64,000 nt of DNA, from NCBI RefSeq assembly GCF_004010195.1, contig NC_057726.1, forward strand, positions 70,009,468 to 70,073,467, given 5' to 3'. This DNA comes from Chiloscyllium plagiosum (taxonomy: Eukaryota). Under the pieces are notes generated by a model. That model saw only the letters and a program-made list of their open reading frames with translations. It was not told where the DNA came from and did not search any database. Positions 50,600 through 63,387 of the stretch are shown here, in pieces (the stretch's first letter is position 1; the number at the start of each line of letters is the position of its first letter). Position numbers and translations under genes: made by a program.

Positions 50600-52374
50600 T
50601 GCTCTGTGAACAAAGTTTTTTCAACGAGGCCATGAAGCCTTCCCATCTTATTAAACATTTGGAAAAGAAACACAGTGACAAAAAAGGACAAAGGTTTGGC
50701 ATATTTGCAAACATTAAAGAATAAATTCAATCAGCGACCAACGATTTCCACTGCTTTTTCAAAGATGGGAGCCACAAATGTGCATGGCCTTGTGGCATCA
50801 TACAACAGAGCGAAGTTAATTGCAAAATGTGGTAAACCTCATTCCGTGGGTGAATCGTTGATGCTTCCAGCTATTGCTTAAGTATGATCAACCATGCTGC
50901 CTCAGGAACCATCAAGCGTATTCTTCTTAGCAACGATTCCGTGAGAAGGTGCATTGATGAAATAGCCTCAAATGTTGAGGATAAATTATGTTCCCTTTTG
51001 ATATCGAAAGAAATCGCCTTACAAATTGATGAAAGTACTATATGCAGAAATCATCCTTCACTTTAGGGGTACATACGTTACATCGACAAAAATGAAATAT
51101 GAGAAGAACTACTTTTTGCTCTGGATCTACCGACAGATACCAAAGGTAAGACTATCTTCGACTGCGTCAAGGATTATTTTGATAAAAAATCTGTTCCCCT
51201 CAAAAACATTGTTGCTTGTGCTACGGATGGCGCATGCGCTATGACTGGCCAACATCAGGGATTTGTCGCATTATTAACGAGAGAAATGACACATGTTTTC
51301 ACGCATTATACATCGGCAGCATCTGGCTGCAAAGAAATTTAATTAATCCCTCAACCATTCTCTACAAGTGGTGATAGATGTGATAAATTATATAAAGAGA
51401 CATGCTCTGAATGAATGACTTCTCCGTCAACTCTGTAAAGATAATGAAGATGAATTTCTACAATTGCTGTTACACACACAAGCGAGATGGCTCTCAAAAG
51501 GAAAATGCCTCAATCGTTTTCATGAGCTGTTCGTTTCTATCATTGAATTCCTACACAGAAATAATGAAAAGCTTTGTATAAAATCCGAAACCATAAAACA
51601 TGACTGTGCATATTTTGCAGATATATTCGATAAGTGCAATTCGTTGATCATGCAGATACAAGGAGAGAATGTGAGTTTCATAAAAGCAAGGAATGCTGTT
51701 ACATCTTTTATTGTGAAACTTGATCTCTTTCATCGAAATATCAGTCGTTGTGTGTTTTAACAGTTCCCAAGATTAAACAACATCAGGGAGGATGTTACTG
51801 ATGATCAATTACTTATCTACTCAGCTCACATTCGTGCACTGCAAGATGATATGAAAATATTACAGGATAGTGGGCTAGTGTAGGTTAGGTGGGCTTGGAT
51901 CGGCACAACATCGAGGGCCGAAGGGCCTGTACTGCGCTGTATTCTTCTATGTTCTATGTTCTATGTTCTATTATTTGCTGATCTTATCAAGATGGAGATC
52001 GCGACATGGCTGACTGACCCCTTTATCTCATTCGCAGAAGAAATGGACATTCGCCTTCAGGAAGAAATGAAAGAGCTCCAAAATGACACCGCAATGAAAA
52101 TTCGGTTTTCACAATGAGTGAGCCCCTTTTTTGGATCCAAGATGCCACCTGATGTCGTTTCTGGCTATTACATGAAGAGGCAAAGTGGTTTGCACTACCA
52201 TTTTCTATCTCTTATTTGGTTGAGAAAGGATTCAGTGCCATCGCTAGAATACAAGATCAGACCCGCAATCGCATGGATGTTGTTCAGCATGGTGACCTGA
52301 GATTGCTTTTGACAAAAATTGAACCAGATGTATATGATTTAGCAAGACAACATGAACCACAAGGATCGCATTGA
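50600..52374 (+). pseudogene. hAT transposase remnant (ZBED5/SCAND3-like family)
   Basis: BED-finger end (NEAMKPSHLIKHLEKKH), IAKCGKPHSVGESLMLPA, LSNDSVRRCIDE, ALQIDEST, ATDGACAM, LLHTQARWLSKG, C-terminal QGSH*; many stops and frameshifts; CR1 tail inserted at about 51864-51970. Confidence 0.92.
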
Positions 52375-52541
52375 GTATTTTGCTATCACAGACTAAATTT
52401 TATACAAAGTGAGCCAAAAGTAGGTAGACAGTAAGAACAGTAATAAATGATAACATTTATTTTTTGTTGTATATGAAACATATTTCACAAAAGTTTTCCG
52501 TTTTCAGCGCTGCAGTCTATTGCAGTTATATGTGCAAAAAC

Positions 52542-52858
52542 AGATTACATTAGATTAGATTACATTACAGTGTGGAAACAGGCCCTTCGGCCCAACAAGT
52601 CCACACCGACCCGCCGAAGCGCAACCCACCCATATCCCTACATTTACCCATTACCTAACACTACGAGCAATTTAGCATGGTCAATTCACCTGACCTGCAC
52701 ATCTTTGGATTGTGGGAGGAAACCGGAGTATCCAGAGAAAACCCACGCAGACACAGGGAGAATGTGCAAACTCCACACAGTCGCCTGAGGTGGGATATGA
52801 ACCCGGGTCTCAAGCGCTGTGAGGCAGCAGTGTTAACCACTGCGCCACCGTGCCGCCC
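52542..52858 (-). mobile_element. HE1-type V-SINE nested in the hAT element
   Basis: Reverse complement of the 56091-56414 family; ends CACCGTGCCGCCC. Confidence 0.92.
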
Positions 52859-53439
52859 ACAAACTTTTGTGATTTGGGGGCGTTGCGTGATTTGAAGGAT
52901 AAGAAGGGGGCGTTGATAACGGAAAGGTTGAGAAACACTGATCTAAATTAAATACCATTTGCTACTCTTCGGCCATTGCCCCATCTGATCAAAATCCCAT
53001 TTTCCTTCTTTTCCCTGTCCACTACACCTTCAATTTTGGTGTCACCTCCAAACTTATTAAGTATGCCTCCTACGTTCACATTCAAAAGCATTTAAATAAT
53101 GATGAAAAGCAGCAGACCAGCACCGAAACTTGTGGCACACCACAGGTCACAGGCCTCCATTCTGAAAGGCAACGACTCCACCAACACCCTCTATCTTCTA
53201 TCTTTGAGCCAGTTATGTATCGAAATGGTTGTAATCTAAACTTGCTAAGCAGTCTTCCATAAAGAGCCTTGTTGAACGCCTTATGGGGATACACTTAATC
53301 AACTCTTCCTCAAGGACACCCTGACTGGGTTGGTTCGAACAATCGACATGTCGATTAAAATCTCATGCCATTTGCTATACCATTTTTACAGGCATTAGTT
53401 ATTTCTATGTTTATAGGTGAAGAAAACAGTTAAATTATC

Positions 53440-53461
53440 ATGGCTTATGTTACCTTTCATG
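53440..53461 (+). CDS. Probable leader (signal peptide) exon of gene 2
   Basis: ATCATGG Kozak context; ATG GCT TAT GTT ACC TTT CAT G|GTAAAG, phase 1; splicing to 54028 gives MAYVTFHVLDILLSVSVCSSG; a possible upstream acceptor lies at 53415-53416. Confidence 0.55.
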
Positions 53462-54027
53462 GTAAAGGCAACACTTTTGTTTCTCCTTCACAGCTCCCCG
53501 TCCAGATTTACAGCAAGAGATTCTCCACTTGCCAGCAGAAGCTGTGTGACATCACGGACAGTTCCGAAACGATATTGCAGACACAGGGGCACCTTTGCTC
53601 TCATTGTCTCGACAGTATTTCCATTTCCAACTCTGTGAGTTAGCCATTCACGCTGGCGGATATGTTGGAGACTCCATCATTTAGCGACATATCTTTCCTG
53701 GGAATTTTGTATGTAGGTGGGCATTTAGATTTCATGTTAATTATTAAACTTCCCTGAGCAAGAACTTGTGTCCGATATCCTACACAAGCTAGCTTTCTGC
53801 TACTTGAACTTCATTAAATATTTTCATATTGAGTGTTCTTTGCAGAAAAGAATGATGTGAATGTGAAAAGCAATATTGGTTATGGTAATTTAATTAGGAA
53901 ATGCATTCGTTAGCAGGATAGATAGTTAAACTTAGATGGTTAAGCAGCATTACTAATGTAACAAAAGACGGGATGCACAATATTAGTTTTAGCAGTGTTT
54001 TTGTTTCCCTCTGTGGCTATGATTTAG

Positions 54028-54360
54028 TTTTGGATATTTTGTTGTCAGTTTCTGTCTGCAGCTCTGGCGACCATGGCTGGAATCTGGCACAAACACCGGC
54101 GCGCCAGGGTGGGAATGTTCTCTTCCGGTGTCCTTTCCCTTTCCATGTTAATCACTCGGCGGTAACTGCTTACTGGTGGAGAGACGGGAACAAGAGCTTC
54201 CTGCAAGCAAACGGCAGGAAAAGGTTCACTGTGAGGAGAGGCGGCGCGTACCTTCATGTTCTGAATGTGACTGTTGCGGATGCCGGTGTGTATCACTGTG
54301 CCGTCAAATATCAGCATCGAACAGTTGGGAAAGGAACCGAGATGCAAATCCTCGTGTCTG
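54028..54360 (+). CDS. Intact Ig V-set (VJ-type) exon of SIRP-like receptor, gene 2
   Basis: tttag|...TCT G|gtaagc, 333 nt, phase 1-1, open: LDILLSVSVCSSGDHGWNLAQTPARQGGNVLFRCPFPFHVNHSAVTAYWWRDGNKSFLQANGRKRFTVRRGGAYLHVLNVTVADAGVYHCAVKYQHRTVGKGTEMQILVS; C, W, DAGVYHC and J-like GKGT. Confidence 0.9.
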
Positions 54361-55261
54361 GTAAGCGTTGCTAAAAATTATAAACGGGAACATTTTCGGA
54401 GATATTGGGATTAGGCCATTCAGCCCCTCGAGCCTGTTCCCCCATTCAATGAAATTATGGCTGAACTTCAGCCTAACTCCACTTATCTATGTTTGGACTA
54501 TATCCCTTAATATCTTTTGCTTAAAAAAAATTAATAAAATCTCAGTTTAATATTAACGACAATCATCCACTACTGTGTGTAGAAGAGTTCAAACCTCTAC
54601 CACCTTTTGTGTGTAGCAGCGCTTCCAAACATCTCTCCTGAAAGGTTTCACTCTCATTTTTAAACATTCCAATGTTGTTTGTTCAATATATAACAGTCCT
54701 GAGTATAAAACAGTACATTTCTCTAATGCAGTAACTGGAGCAACATGCATTCAACAATGGTTAGGTTTCTAGGGACAGGACCAGAATCCCTGATAATAGA
54801 AACAACAAAAAGAAAATCAAAGTTGGGAATAAAGACCTTTTTTAAAATGTGAGTATTCTATGTTTGGGATGGATAATTGCAGGATTATTCACAATTTTAG
54901 AAATATAACATGAGCTGTTTTAACACATCATTTAAGCAAGTCAAAAAAAAACTTCATTTAGGTTTGCTTGGTTACTAGAAATTTATAGATTTTTAAAGCT
55001 TGTTTAACTTATTGGGTATAAAAACACTTACTCAGAATTGGAATGCTGAGACAAGGGGAGAGGTGTTGGTTTTTTGAGATCCGAACAAAATCCTTCATTC
55101 GCAATCAATTGCAACCGAGAAGCCGCTTGAGATTACACCAGTATAGGGTCATAATCTCTGCCACCTCAGTTCGGCTCAGAGCTTGACTCTGGACGAAGGT
55201 CGCAAACAAAACCTGCTGCATGTGAAAATAACAGTGCTCGTACAAATACTGATAAATGGAA

Positions 55262-55770
55262 AATGTTGTGAAACTTCAAAGGTTCAGAAAAGATTTACAA
55301 GGATGCTGCCAGGGTTGGAGGATCTGAGTGACAGGGAGAGCATGAACAGGCTAGGGCTGTTTTCCCTGGAGCATCGGTGGCTGAGGGGTGACCTTATAGA
55401 GATTTACAAAATTAGGAGGGGCATGGATAGGAAAAATAGACAAAGCCTTTTCCCTGGGGTCGGGGAATCCAGAACGAGAGGACATAGGTTTAGAGCGAGA
55501 GGAGAAAAAATATAAGAGGTCTAAGGGGCAACTTTTTCACGCAGAAGGTGGTACGTGAATGGAATGAACTGCCAGAGGATGTGGTGGAGGCTGGTACAAT
55601 TGCAACATTTAAGAGGCATTTGGATGGGTGTGTGAATAGGAAGGGTTTGGAGGGATAAGGGCCTGGTGCTGGAAGGTGGGACTAGATTGGGTTGGAATAT
55701 CTGGTCGTCATGGACGGGTTGGACCGAAGGGGCTGTTTCCATGCTGTACATCTCTATCACTCTATAATTG
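55262..55770 (+). mobile_element. CR1 LINE 3' end
   Basis: KVQKRFTRMLPGLEDL...LRGDLIEIYKI; same subfamily as 9640-10110. Confidence 0.92.
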
Positions 55771-56090
55771 TGGAACAGATACAAGTGATAACACATGTGG
55801 TAATATGCTATAAAATGAAACTTTAAGATGAAAACTTTGTTGGGAAGAAGTGCAACTGTTTTCCAATACAACGACCGCCCCCACCCCCCCCCCCCCCCCA
55901 ACCATGATATAGTCATGAAACAAATCTGTTAATGACTCTAACATGCTCCAACAGCCCTCTGCACACACACACGACAAATAGCTCCACACAGGTGGGAGCA
56001 CTTCAGTCAGTCACTCTATCCATATCCCTTCCCACCATAGTGCCCAATGGTTGACTATTTACTAATGGGCAGCTGTAGCAATGCATTAGT

Positions 56091-56414
56091 GGGCGGCACG
56101 GTGGCACAGTGGTTAGCACTGCTGCCTCACAGCGCCAGAGACCCGGGTTCAATTCCCCCCTCAGGCGACTGACTGTGTAGAGTTTGCACGTTCTCTCCGT
56201 GTCTGCGTGGGTTTCCTCCGGGTGTTCCGGTTTCCTCCCACAGTCCAAAGATGTGCACGTCAGGTGAGTTGGCCCCGCTAAATTGCCCGTAGTGTTAGGT
56301 AAGGGGTAAATAGAGGTGTATGGGTGGGTTGCGCTTCGGCGGGGCGGTGTGGACTTGTTGGGCCGAAGGGCCTGTTTCCACACTGTAAGTAATCTAATCT
56401 AAAAATCTAATCTA
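56091..56414 (+). mobile_element. Full-length HE1-type V-SINE
   Basis: Box A TGGCACAGTGG, box B GGTTCAATTCC, V domain, CR1-like tail and (TAATC)n. Confidence 0.93.
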
Positions 56415-57389
56415 AATTTTGGAATCAATGTCCCTTTAAGCCAAAGTTTTATATCTATTCCAGCATCTCGAGATTTCCATTAAGATTTTCTCAAAACGAA
56501 GCATGTGTCTTATCTCTCACAGACTTGGAAAAACCTGCTTGCTTTGTCGAACTCAGGGTTGCTGAATATTCTTAGTGCTATCCCTCACATGCGCACCATG
56601 AATCTATTGAACCCCACCATACTGAACACCTTATGTAAGGCTAATTACCATTTCAGGGTATTCAAGTGTCCCCTGGGTCAACACAGGGTCAGTGCCAATG
56701 TCTAAACAATGAAAAATAACAACTTTATTTAAAGCATGCAGTGGAACAATAACACACAGTCAAAATAAGTGTAGTTATGATATCATTGGGGATACGGCCA
56801 ATAGCTATCTGAAAATATTGATATTGATTACATTTTTTTAAAAAAGAAGCAAAATTACTCTTAGACTTAAATGAATATTATACACATTAAAAATTGACTT
56901 CAGATTTGCTGAAATATGTATCGAAAGAAAAGCAAAAATGAGCTATGAAGTCGAAACTTCAAAAAGAAATCTGAGTTCTGATTGTCGGCATATAATACAG
57001 ATAGCAAATGGGATGCTCGCCATTCCGATCAGAAGAAGGATTTGTTCTGATTGTTGAAACAAAATGTGACCTGTACTGGTGGAAGGCGAGGTTAGGGGCG
57101 GGATCGAGAGGGTGAGTCAAAAAAGAAGGAATTATGATGGGCAGCTGCTATTTCCTTTCCACAGAAAAGATGGTAAAATGTTTGAAGTAAAAGACCTTGA
57201 GCCTGCTTTTGATATTCAGCCACATGTGACACCAAAACTTTAATGTTTTCTTTGTGCTTGACAATGCTTAGCTCAGGCACATTTTGAAGGAATTCAAATT
57301 CACACCTGAAAATTTCTTCATAGCTCCAGCTCAGGCCTTTGATGGTCACTTTGTAAAATTACAATATGCTGGTTTCACAAAATCACAAA

Positions 57390-59990
57390 ATGAGACCATG
57401 AGTTGAAAAAGTAGATGTATGGCATTCATTGAATGAGATCATAGTTGATTTGATAATCTTTAAATTCATTTTCCTGCCTTATCTCACTAATCATTGATTA
57501 AAAGTCTCTCTGTCAGTTCTAAACGACCTTCTGCCCTAAAGAACTCCATGGATTGACCATCCTCTGATACAGGAAATTCTTCCTTGTCTGTCTTAAATGA
57601 GTGACCCCTTGCTCTGACACTATGCCCTCTGATTCCTACATTCTTCCACAAGGAAAAATAATCTCCCAGCACATATTCTGGTGAGCCTATAAATCTCTGA
57701 GCCTCTATGAATCTGACATGTTTCAACTAGGTCTTCTAAAGTCAAATGAGTAAAAAACCTAGAAGACTCTGCCTCTCCCCTTACTAAAATTGCCCCAGAA
57801 CCGGAAACATCTCAGTGGATCTTTTCTGAACTGTCTTCGATGCCAATCTATCTTTCATTAGGTAAGGGAAAATCTACTTTTCCAGATGGGTCTCATTTGT
57901 ATAGTTTTAGCAAAACTTCCCTGTTTTTGTGCTCCATTCTTTTGGAAATAAGATCAGGCAATTTTCCCTTCCTATCGCTGACTGAACATGGTTGTTAGCT
58001 CCTTGTGATGCATGTGCTAGGACATCCAGATCACTCTGTGTTAAAGCTTTCTGTAATATTTCCTTATTCAAATAATATTCAGCTCTTCTATTTTTCCCGC
58101 TGACGTGCATGACCTCACATTTTCCACATTATATTCCATCTGATAAGTTTTTGACCATTCACTTAACCTGTCCATATCTCTCTCAATACTTATTGTGTCA
58201 TCCTCACGACTTGCCTACCCATTTTTTTTTGTATGGTATCAGCGAACTTGGTAATAGAATATACAATTCTATCATCCAAGTCATGAGTATATTTTATAAA
58301 TGACAGCGGCCCCAGCAACCTGTGGCTCTCCACTAGTTACAGGTTGCCATCCTGAAAACCCAACTTATTTCAGTGGTGTCTTCTATTAGCTACTCAGTCC
58401 CTATCCAAGCTAACATGCTACTTACATGATCTTATTGAATGCCTCTTCAAAGGCAATGCTGTTTTGGTTTGATTTTTTAAAAAAGATGCTTGTCTAAATG
58501 CTGTGTTATTTATGACAGACTCTAACATTTCACATTAACAACTGTCAAATTAACCAGCCTGACATAGAGTCACAAAACATGGAAACAAACCTTTTGGTCC
58601 AACCAGCCCTTGCCAACCACAATTCCAAACTAAAGCAGTCCCACCTGCTGACACTTGGCCCATTCCCTCCAAACATCTGTTGTTCATGTTCTTATCAAAA
58701 TGTTTTTTAAGCAATTTACCACTTCCACCTTTTCCTCTGGAAGTTCATTCTACACAGGAGCCACTGTCCGTGTAAAAAAAAAAATACCCACATGTATTTT
58801 TAAGATCTCCTTCCTCTCCCTTAAAAATATGCCCGCTACTCTTGAAATCCCCCACCCTTAGGGTGCCATTCACCCTGCCATTCACCTTGTCTATATCCTC
58901 ATTATTATTTTAAATTTCTCTATGATCACTTTAAATGTACTACGCTCCTGTAACAGGGTGACCAGAACTGGACACAGTACTGCAGAAGAGGCCTTACCAA
59001 CATCCTGTATAACTTCATCATAATGTCCCAAATCCTATACTCAAAGGTCTCAGCAATGAAGAAAATCAAGCTAAATGCCTTCTCAACCGCCCGATCCATA
59101 TGTGATCCAAATTTCAAAGAATTATAGACCTGAACCCTAGGTCTGTCAGTTCTACAACAGTACCCAAGGCCCTACTTATACTTGGATAAGTCCTGTCCTT
59201 GGAATGTGGGGTTGGAAAAGGAAACAGGTCTGATGGCATCTGAGGAGCAGGAAAGTCAATGTTTTGAGCCGAAACCTTTCGGACATTCCTACACTTATTT
59301 GTTTTACCAAATTCACGCTTATCTCACGCTTATCCGAAAGAAACTGCATCTGTCACTCTTCAGCCCATTAACCCAATTGATCAAGCTCACTTTATAATCT
59401 AAGATACTCTTCTTCACTGTCCACTATACCACCAATCTTTGTGTTATCCTCAAAGTGACTAATCATACCTCCTATATTCTCATCTAAATTATTTATCTAA
59501 ATGACAAACAAAGTTAGACCCAGCACCAATACCCGTGGAACACCTGACCTGCTGTGCTGTTCCAGCAATAAAGTTTCAACTTTGATCTCCAGCATCTGCA
59601 GACCTCACTTTCTCCTCGAAGATTTATACTTGTGTAAGTCCTGTCCTTGGAATGTGGAGTTGGAAAAGGAAACCGGTCAGACGGCATCTGAGGAACAGGA
59701 AAGTCAATGTTTTGAGCTAAAACCTTTCGGACATTCCTACCTTTATTTGTTTTATCAAATTCACGCTTATCCGAAAGAAACTGCATCTGTCACTCTTCAG
59801 CCCATTAACCCAATTGATCAAGCTCACTTTATAATCTAAGATAATCTTCTTCACTGTCCACTATACCACCAATCTTTGTGTTATCCGCAAACTCACGAAT
59901 CGTACCTCCTATATTCTCATCTAAATCATTTATCTAAATGACAAACAAAATTAGACCCAGCACCAATACCTGTGGAACACCGTTGGTCAC
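57390..59990 (-). mobile_element. Degenerate CR1 LINE fragments
   Basis: LYRMLVRPLLQYCVQFWSP (58926-59117) and other ORF2 remnants; 3' tails near 57400 and 58565. Confidence 0.85.
59176..59981. repeat. About 365-bp direct duplication flanking an about 80-bp PLE terminal fragment
   Basis: 59176-59544 and 59624-59981 are colinear; spacer 59545-59623 matches the PLE end at 2458-2534. Confidence 0.9.
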
Positions 59991-60779
59991 ATAACTGTTT
60001 GTTTTGTCCCTTTTTGAATAAGAAAGTTACATTGGCAGTTTTCCAAATGTTTGCCACTCTACCAGAAAATAAGGACTCAAGGATTTCTATCAATTCTTTT
60101 ATTTCTATTACAGTCCATTGTTGGACCCCATCAACCTTCAAACTCATTTGGTTCCACAGTACACTCATGATAATTATTATGTTTATTTCCACCACCCCCA
60201 CATATCCTATGCTGTGAAGATTAATACAGAGTATTTATTCAATTCTTTTGCCATTTGCTCTTTCCTCATTATTATTTTCTCAGCCCTGCCTCATTGTGTG
60301 AAGGACCAGTGTTCATGTTGGACTTCCTTGTCCTTTTTTATATATTTAATGTCTACTTGCTAATTTGTCCTCATAGTTTATTTAATCACACTTAATTTTA
60401 TTTTTGTCATCTTTTGTCAGCTTTGAAATCATTCCTAATGCCCTGGTTTACCAGTCAGATTTGCCAATTTGTGTTAAATTTCTTTGAATTTAATGATATC
60501 CTTTACTTCCTTGGATAATCATGCTTGTCTTATCTCCTTCTGAGAATCCTTTTTCCTTAATGGGAGATATCTTTGTCATGAGTCATGGATTTTTTTCTTA
60601 AATGTTTGTTGTTGCTCCTCAACCCTCTTTTCTGTTATTTATTTTCCCAGTCTACACTCAGCCCTCATTCCTATTTATCTTTTATTTAAGTTTGGCACAA
60701 TTGTTCCAATCCAATTTATGTAATCTCAAGCTGAATGCTAAGATAGACTATGTAATGATCTCTGTTCCTGAGCAGATCT

Positions 60780-61240
60780 CCTACTTTGAGATCATTTAGG
60801 TTCTGCAAAACTGTCTCAGAAAAGATGATGTTGAAATTGTACATGACACTTATTAGACCACCTCTGGAGTATTGTGTACAGTTGTGATCCACATTATCAG
60901 AAAAATGTGAATACATTGGTGAGAGTGCAGAAGTAACTTATTAGAATGATCTCAGTGATGAGAAACTTCAGCTATGAGGGTAGATTGAAGAAGTTGGGAT
61001 TGTTCTTCCTGGAGAGAAGTACTTCGAAAAGAGATTTGATTGAGATTTTCAAAATCCTGAGGGGGCTAGGCAGAGAAGATCAGGAAAAGTTGTTCCTACT
61101 GGTAAAAGAAACAAGACTGAGAGGGCGTCCAAATGAAGCAAGGATTATGTGAGAAAAAAAATAATCCACATAGGGTAAGGGTTTGGAATGCACTGCCTGG
61201 AAATGTGGTGGAGGCAGGTTCAGTTGAGGTATTCAAGAGG
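60780..61240 (+). mobile_element. CR1 LINE 3' fragment
   Basis: SYEGRLKKLGLFFLE...RDLIEIFKILRG. Confidence 0.85.
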
Positions 61241-61249
61241 TGTGGGGAA

Positions 61250-61615
61250 GTGACAGTCCAGTGGTATTATAGATAGATAGATTATTAATCTAGAAGTTCA
61301 GCTAACATTCTGAGGACTGGGTTCAAGTCTCACTATGGCAGATGGTGGAATTTGAATTCGACTTAAAACAACTTTGGAATTAAGACACTACTGCTGACAG
61401 TGAAACCAATTGTTGGAAAAGACCACCTGGTTCATTAATGAAGGAAATCTGCCATCCTCATCTGGTCTGGCCTACATGTGACTCCAGACCCACAGCAATG
61501 TTGTTGACTCTTAACTGCTCTCTGAAATGGCCTAGCAAGTTCAAAGGTAACGAGGGATGGCAATCAAGTTATTGCCAGCCAGTGACGTCCACATCCCATG
61601 AGTGGGGAAAAAAAA
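61250..61615 (+). mobile_element. SacSINE1-like SINE
   Basis: GGGTTCAAGTC box B; GAAGGAAATCTGCCATCCTCATCTGGTCTGGCCTACATGTGACTCCAGACCCACAGCAATG core; A-rich end; same family as 1-240. Confidence 0.7.
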
Positions 61616-62336
61616 CTGTTTGAATATTTTTACATAATTAGAATCTACAAGGATATGAGGAAAGGGCACAAAATTGGTACTAGATCATAGAGCCTGTGCA
61701 AACGTGATGGGCTAAAAGGCCTCCTTCTGTATTATGATAAATTCTATGACTCTGTCAGATGAAAAGTTCACCATATGTTCTGTAGACACTCATTATTGAA
61801 CAACCTAGAACAATGAAACTTCAATAACATAGAGCAATGTAAGAAAGATGTTACTCATCACAAACTAAGGGAGCTTTTGATAATGTTGGTGTATCTACAA
61901 ATGATCAACTGGGCATGCTGGAAAACAGAGAGCATTCAATGTGTGGTTGTGGGAAAATGGTTGACTATAAGGTCAACATTTCCACTTATGAAACAGCATA
62001 TGGAAGACCCATTTATAATCAATTAACTTTTAAATATCTAATTTATATGCTCCAAAATAAAATATTTAATATGTGGGGATTTGTGCTATAGCACCTAAGA
62101 AAAAGGAAAACAAACAGGTAAATATGTATAATTCAGTACAAATACTCAGGGCTGTGTTATTTCATGACAGCAGCATACAATAAAGGAGTGGTGGAGAATG
62201 AGAAAGAAGTCCCTGAAAATCAAAAGAAACCTCGAAATTCAAAATGAAATCCTCACGGAAGCCTCTCAAAGTGTGTCCTCAAAGGAAAATTGATTTAATT
62301 CCTGAGTTGCTGACCAAGCAGGCAATTTTAGATGAC

Positions 62337-62568
62337 TTTAGATTACAGACAGTGTGGAAACAGGCCCTTCGGCCCAACAAGTCCACACCGACCCACCGAA
62401 GCGCACCCACCCAGACCCATTCCCCTATATTTACCCCTGCACCTAACACTACGGGCAATTTAGCATGGCTAATTCACCTAACCTGAAAATTTTTGGACAG
62501 TGGGAGGAAACCGGGGCACCCGGAGGAAATCCACGCAGACATGGGTAGAATGTGCAAACTCCACACAA
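62337..62568 (-). mobile_element. 5'-truncated HE1-type V-SINE
   Basis: CAGTGTGGAAACAGGCCCTTCGGCCCAACAAGTCC tail and V domain. Confidence 0.9.
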
Positions 62569-63387
62569 TCAGTTTTGTCCTGGATGCTGTCAAGTTTCCT
62601 GAACGTTCCTGAAGATTCACTCATCCAGGAACATGGAGGGTATTCCATAACACTCCAGACTTGTGTCTTGCAGTTTTTGTAAAGGTTTGGGATTTCAGAA
62701 GGTGAGATACTTGACCCAGACTAGCCAGCCCGTGAGCCCGTTTGCAGTTAAAGTGTTTATATGGTTAAGTCCAGATCTCCCTCAGGATGTAAACAGTGGG
62801 ACATTCTGTGAGTGTAATGCCAACAATGCCAAAGGAGAGTCTGGGTACTCGTTGCATGCACAGATATTCTTTTCTGAGAAGTTGTTTTTTGAACTGAACA
62901 TTATACAGTCATTAGCAAACATTCCCACTTGAGACGTTATATTGGAGGTAAATTATTGATGAAGCAACTGAAGAATGGGTATAGACCTGACAAACTGCTG
63001 AAATGATGTCCCAGAGCTGAGTAGATTGACCTCCAAAATCCACAACCATCTTTCTCTGCGCTAGGCACGTGGAATACTAAGCAGTAGAATAAAGACCCCC
63101 CTTTTCCCCAACCACCACCATCCACCCAATTTATTCTGGTTTACTCAGGTTTTGATTTGGCACACACAGTAAAATGTTTCCACGATGTGAAGATCAATCA
63201 TTTTCAGTTCGGTGCTGGAGAGTAAAGGATGAATTATCTTTGCAGTTCATTCACAAAATAACATTTAACTAAGATCCAACGAAGATGCCTTGATGTGGTT
63301 ACTAAACACTGTACATGAAGGTAAAACAGTTAAAGATATTCATTTGTTTTTTTTTTCTAATCTTTTTTTCTTTTTCTTTCAATTTAC

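Larger units (their letters stand above)
50217..52940 (+). mobile_element. hAT DNA transposon, Buster/Charlie/SPIN type, full length but inactivated
   Basis: TIRs CAATGTTTCTCAAC (50217-50230) / GTTGAGAAACACTG (52927-52940); perfect 8-bp TSD ATCTAAAT with central TA (50209-50216, 52941-52948). Confidence 0.95.
49453..53290 (-). mobile_element. CR1 LINE split by the hAT transposon
   Basis: ORF2 (DKCEVLHF, LYRTLVRPLLKYCVQFWSP) breaks at the 50209-50216 TSD and resumes after 52948 (GVPQVSVL). Confidence 0.92.

Noticed and set aside
50600-52374. Domesticated ZBED5/SCAND3-like host gene
   Set aside because: Retains TIRs and TSD and is broken by many stops, frameshifts and insertions.
53493-53634. 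Additional exon of gene 2 (cag|...|gtgagt)
   Set aside because: The intron from the leader would be only 31 nt, and extending the ATG frame to this donor ends in phase 0, out of frame with the V exon.
53973-54374. Single-exon 133-aa protein as in the ORF track
   Set aside because: The N-terminal part is intronic read-through upstream of the acceptor at 54026-54027; the spliced model fits the paralogous exon boundary better.
54028-54400. Rearranging Ig/TCR V segment
   Set aside because: The G strand is encoded in the same exon followed by a splice donor, and no heptamer/nonamer RSS was seen after the YHC motif.
56091-56165. tRNA gene
   Set aside because: tRNA-derived SINE head continuing into the V domain and tail; not a standalone tRNA.
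56003-56383. Recurrent MWKQALRPNK ORFs (also 7748, 52570, 62244)
   Set aside because: Antisense translation of HE1 SINE copies.
57092-57349. 85-aa minus-strand ORF in unique sequence
   Set aside because: No recognisable motif or supporting splice structure.
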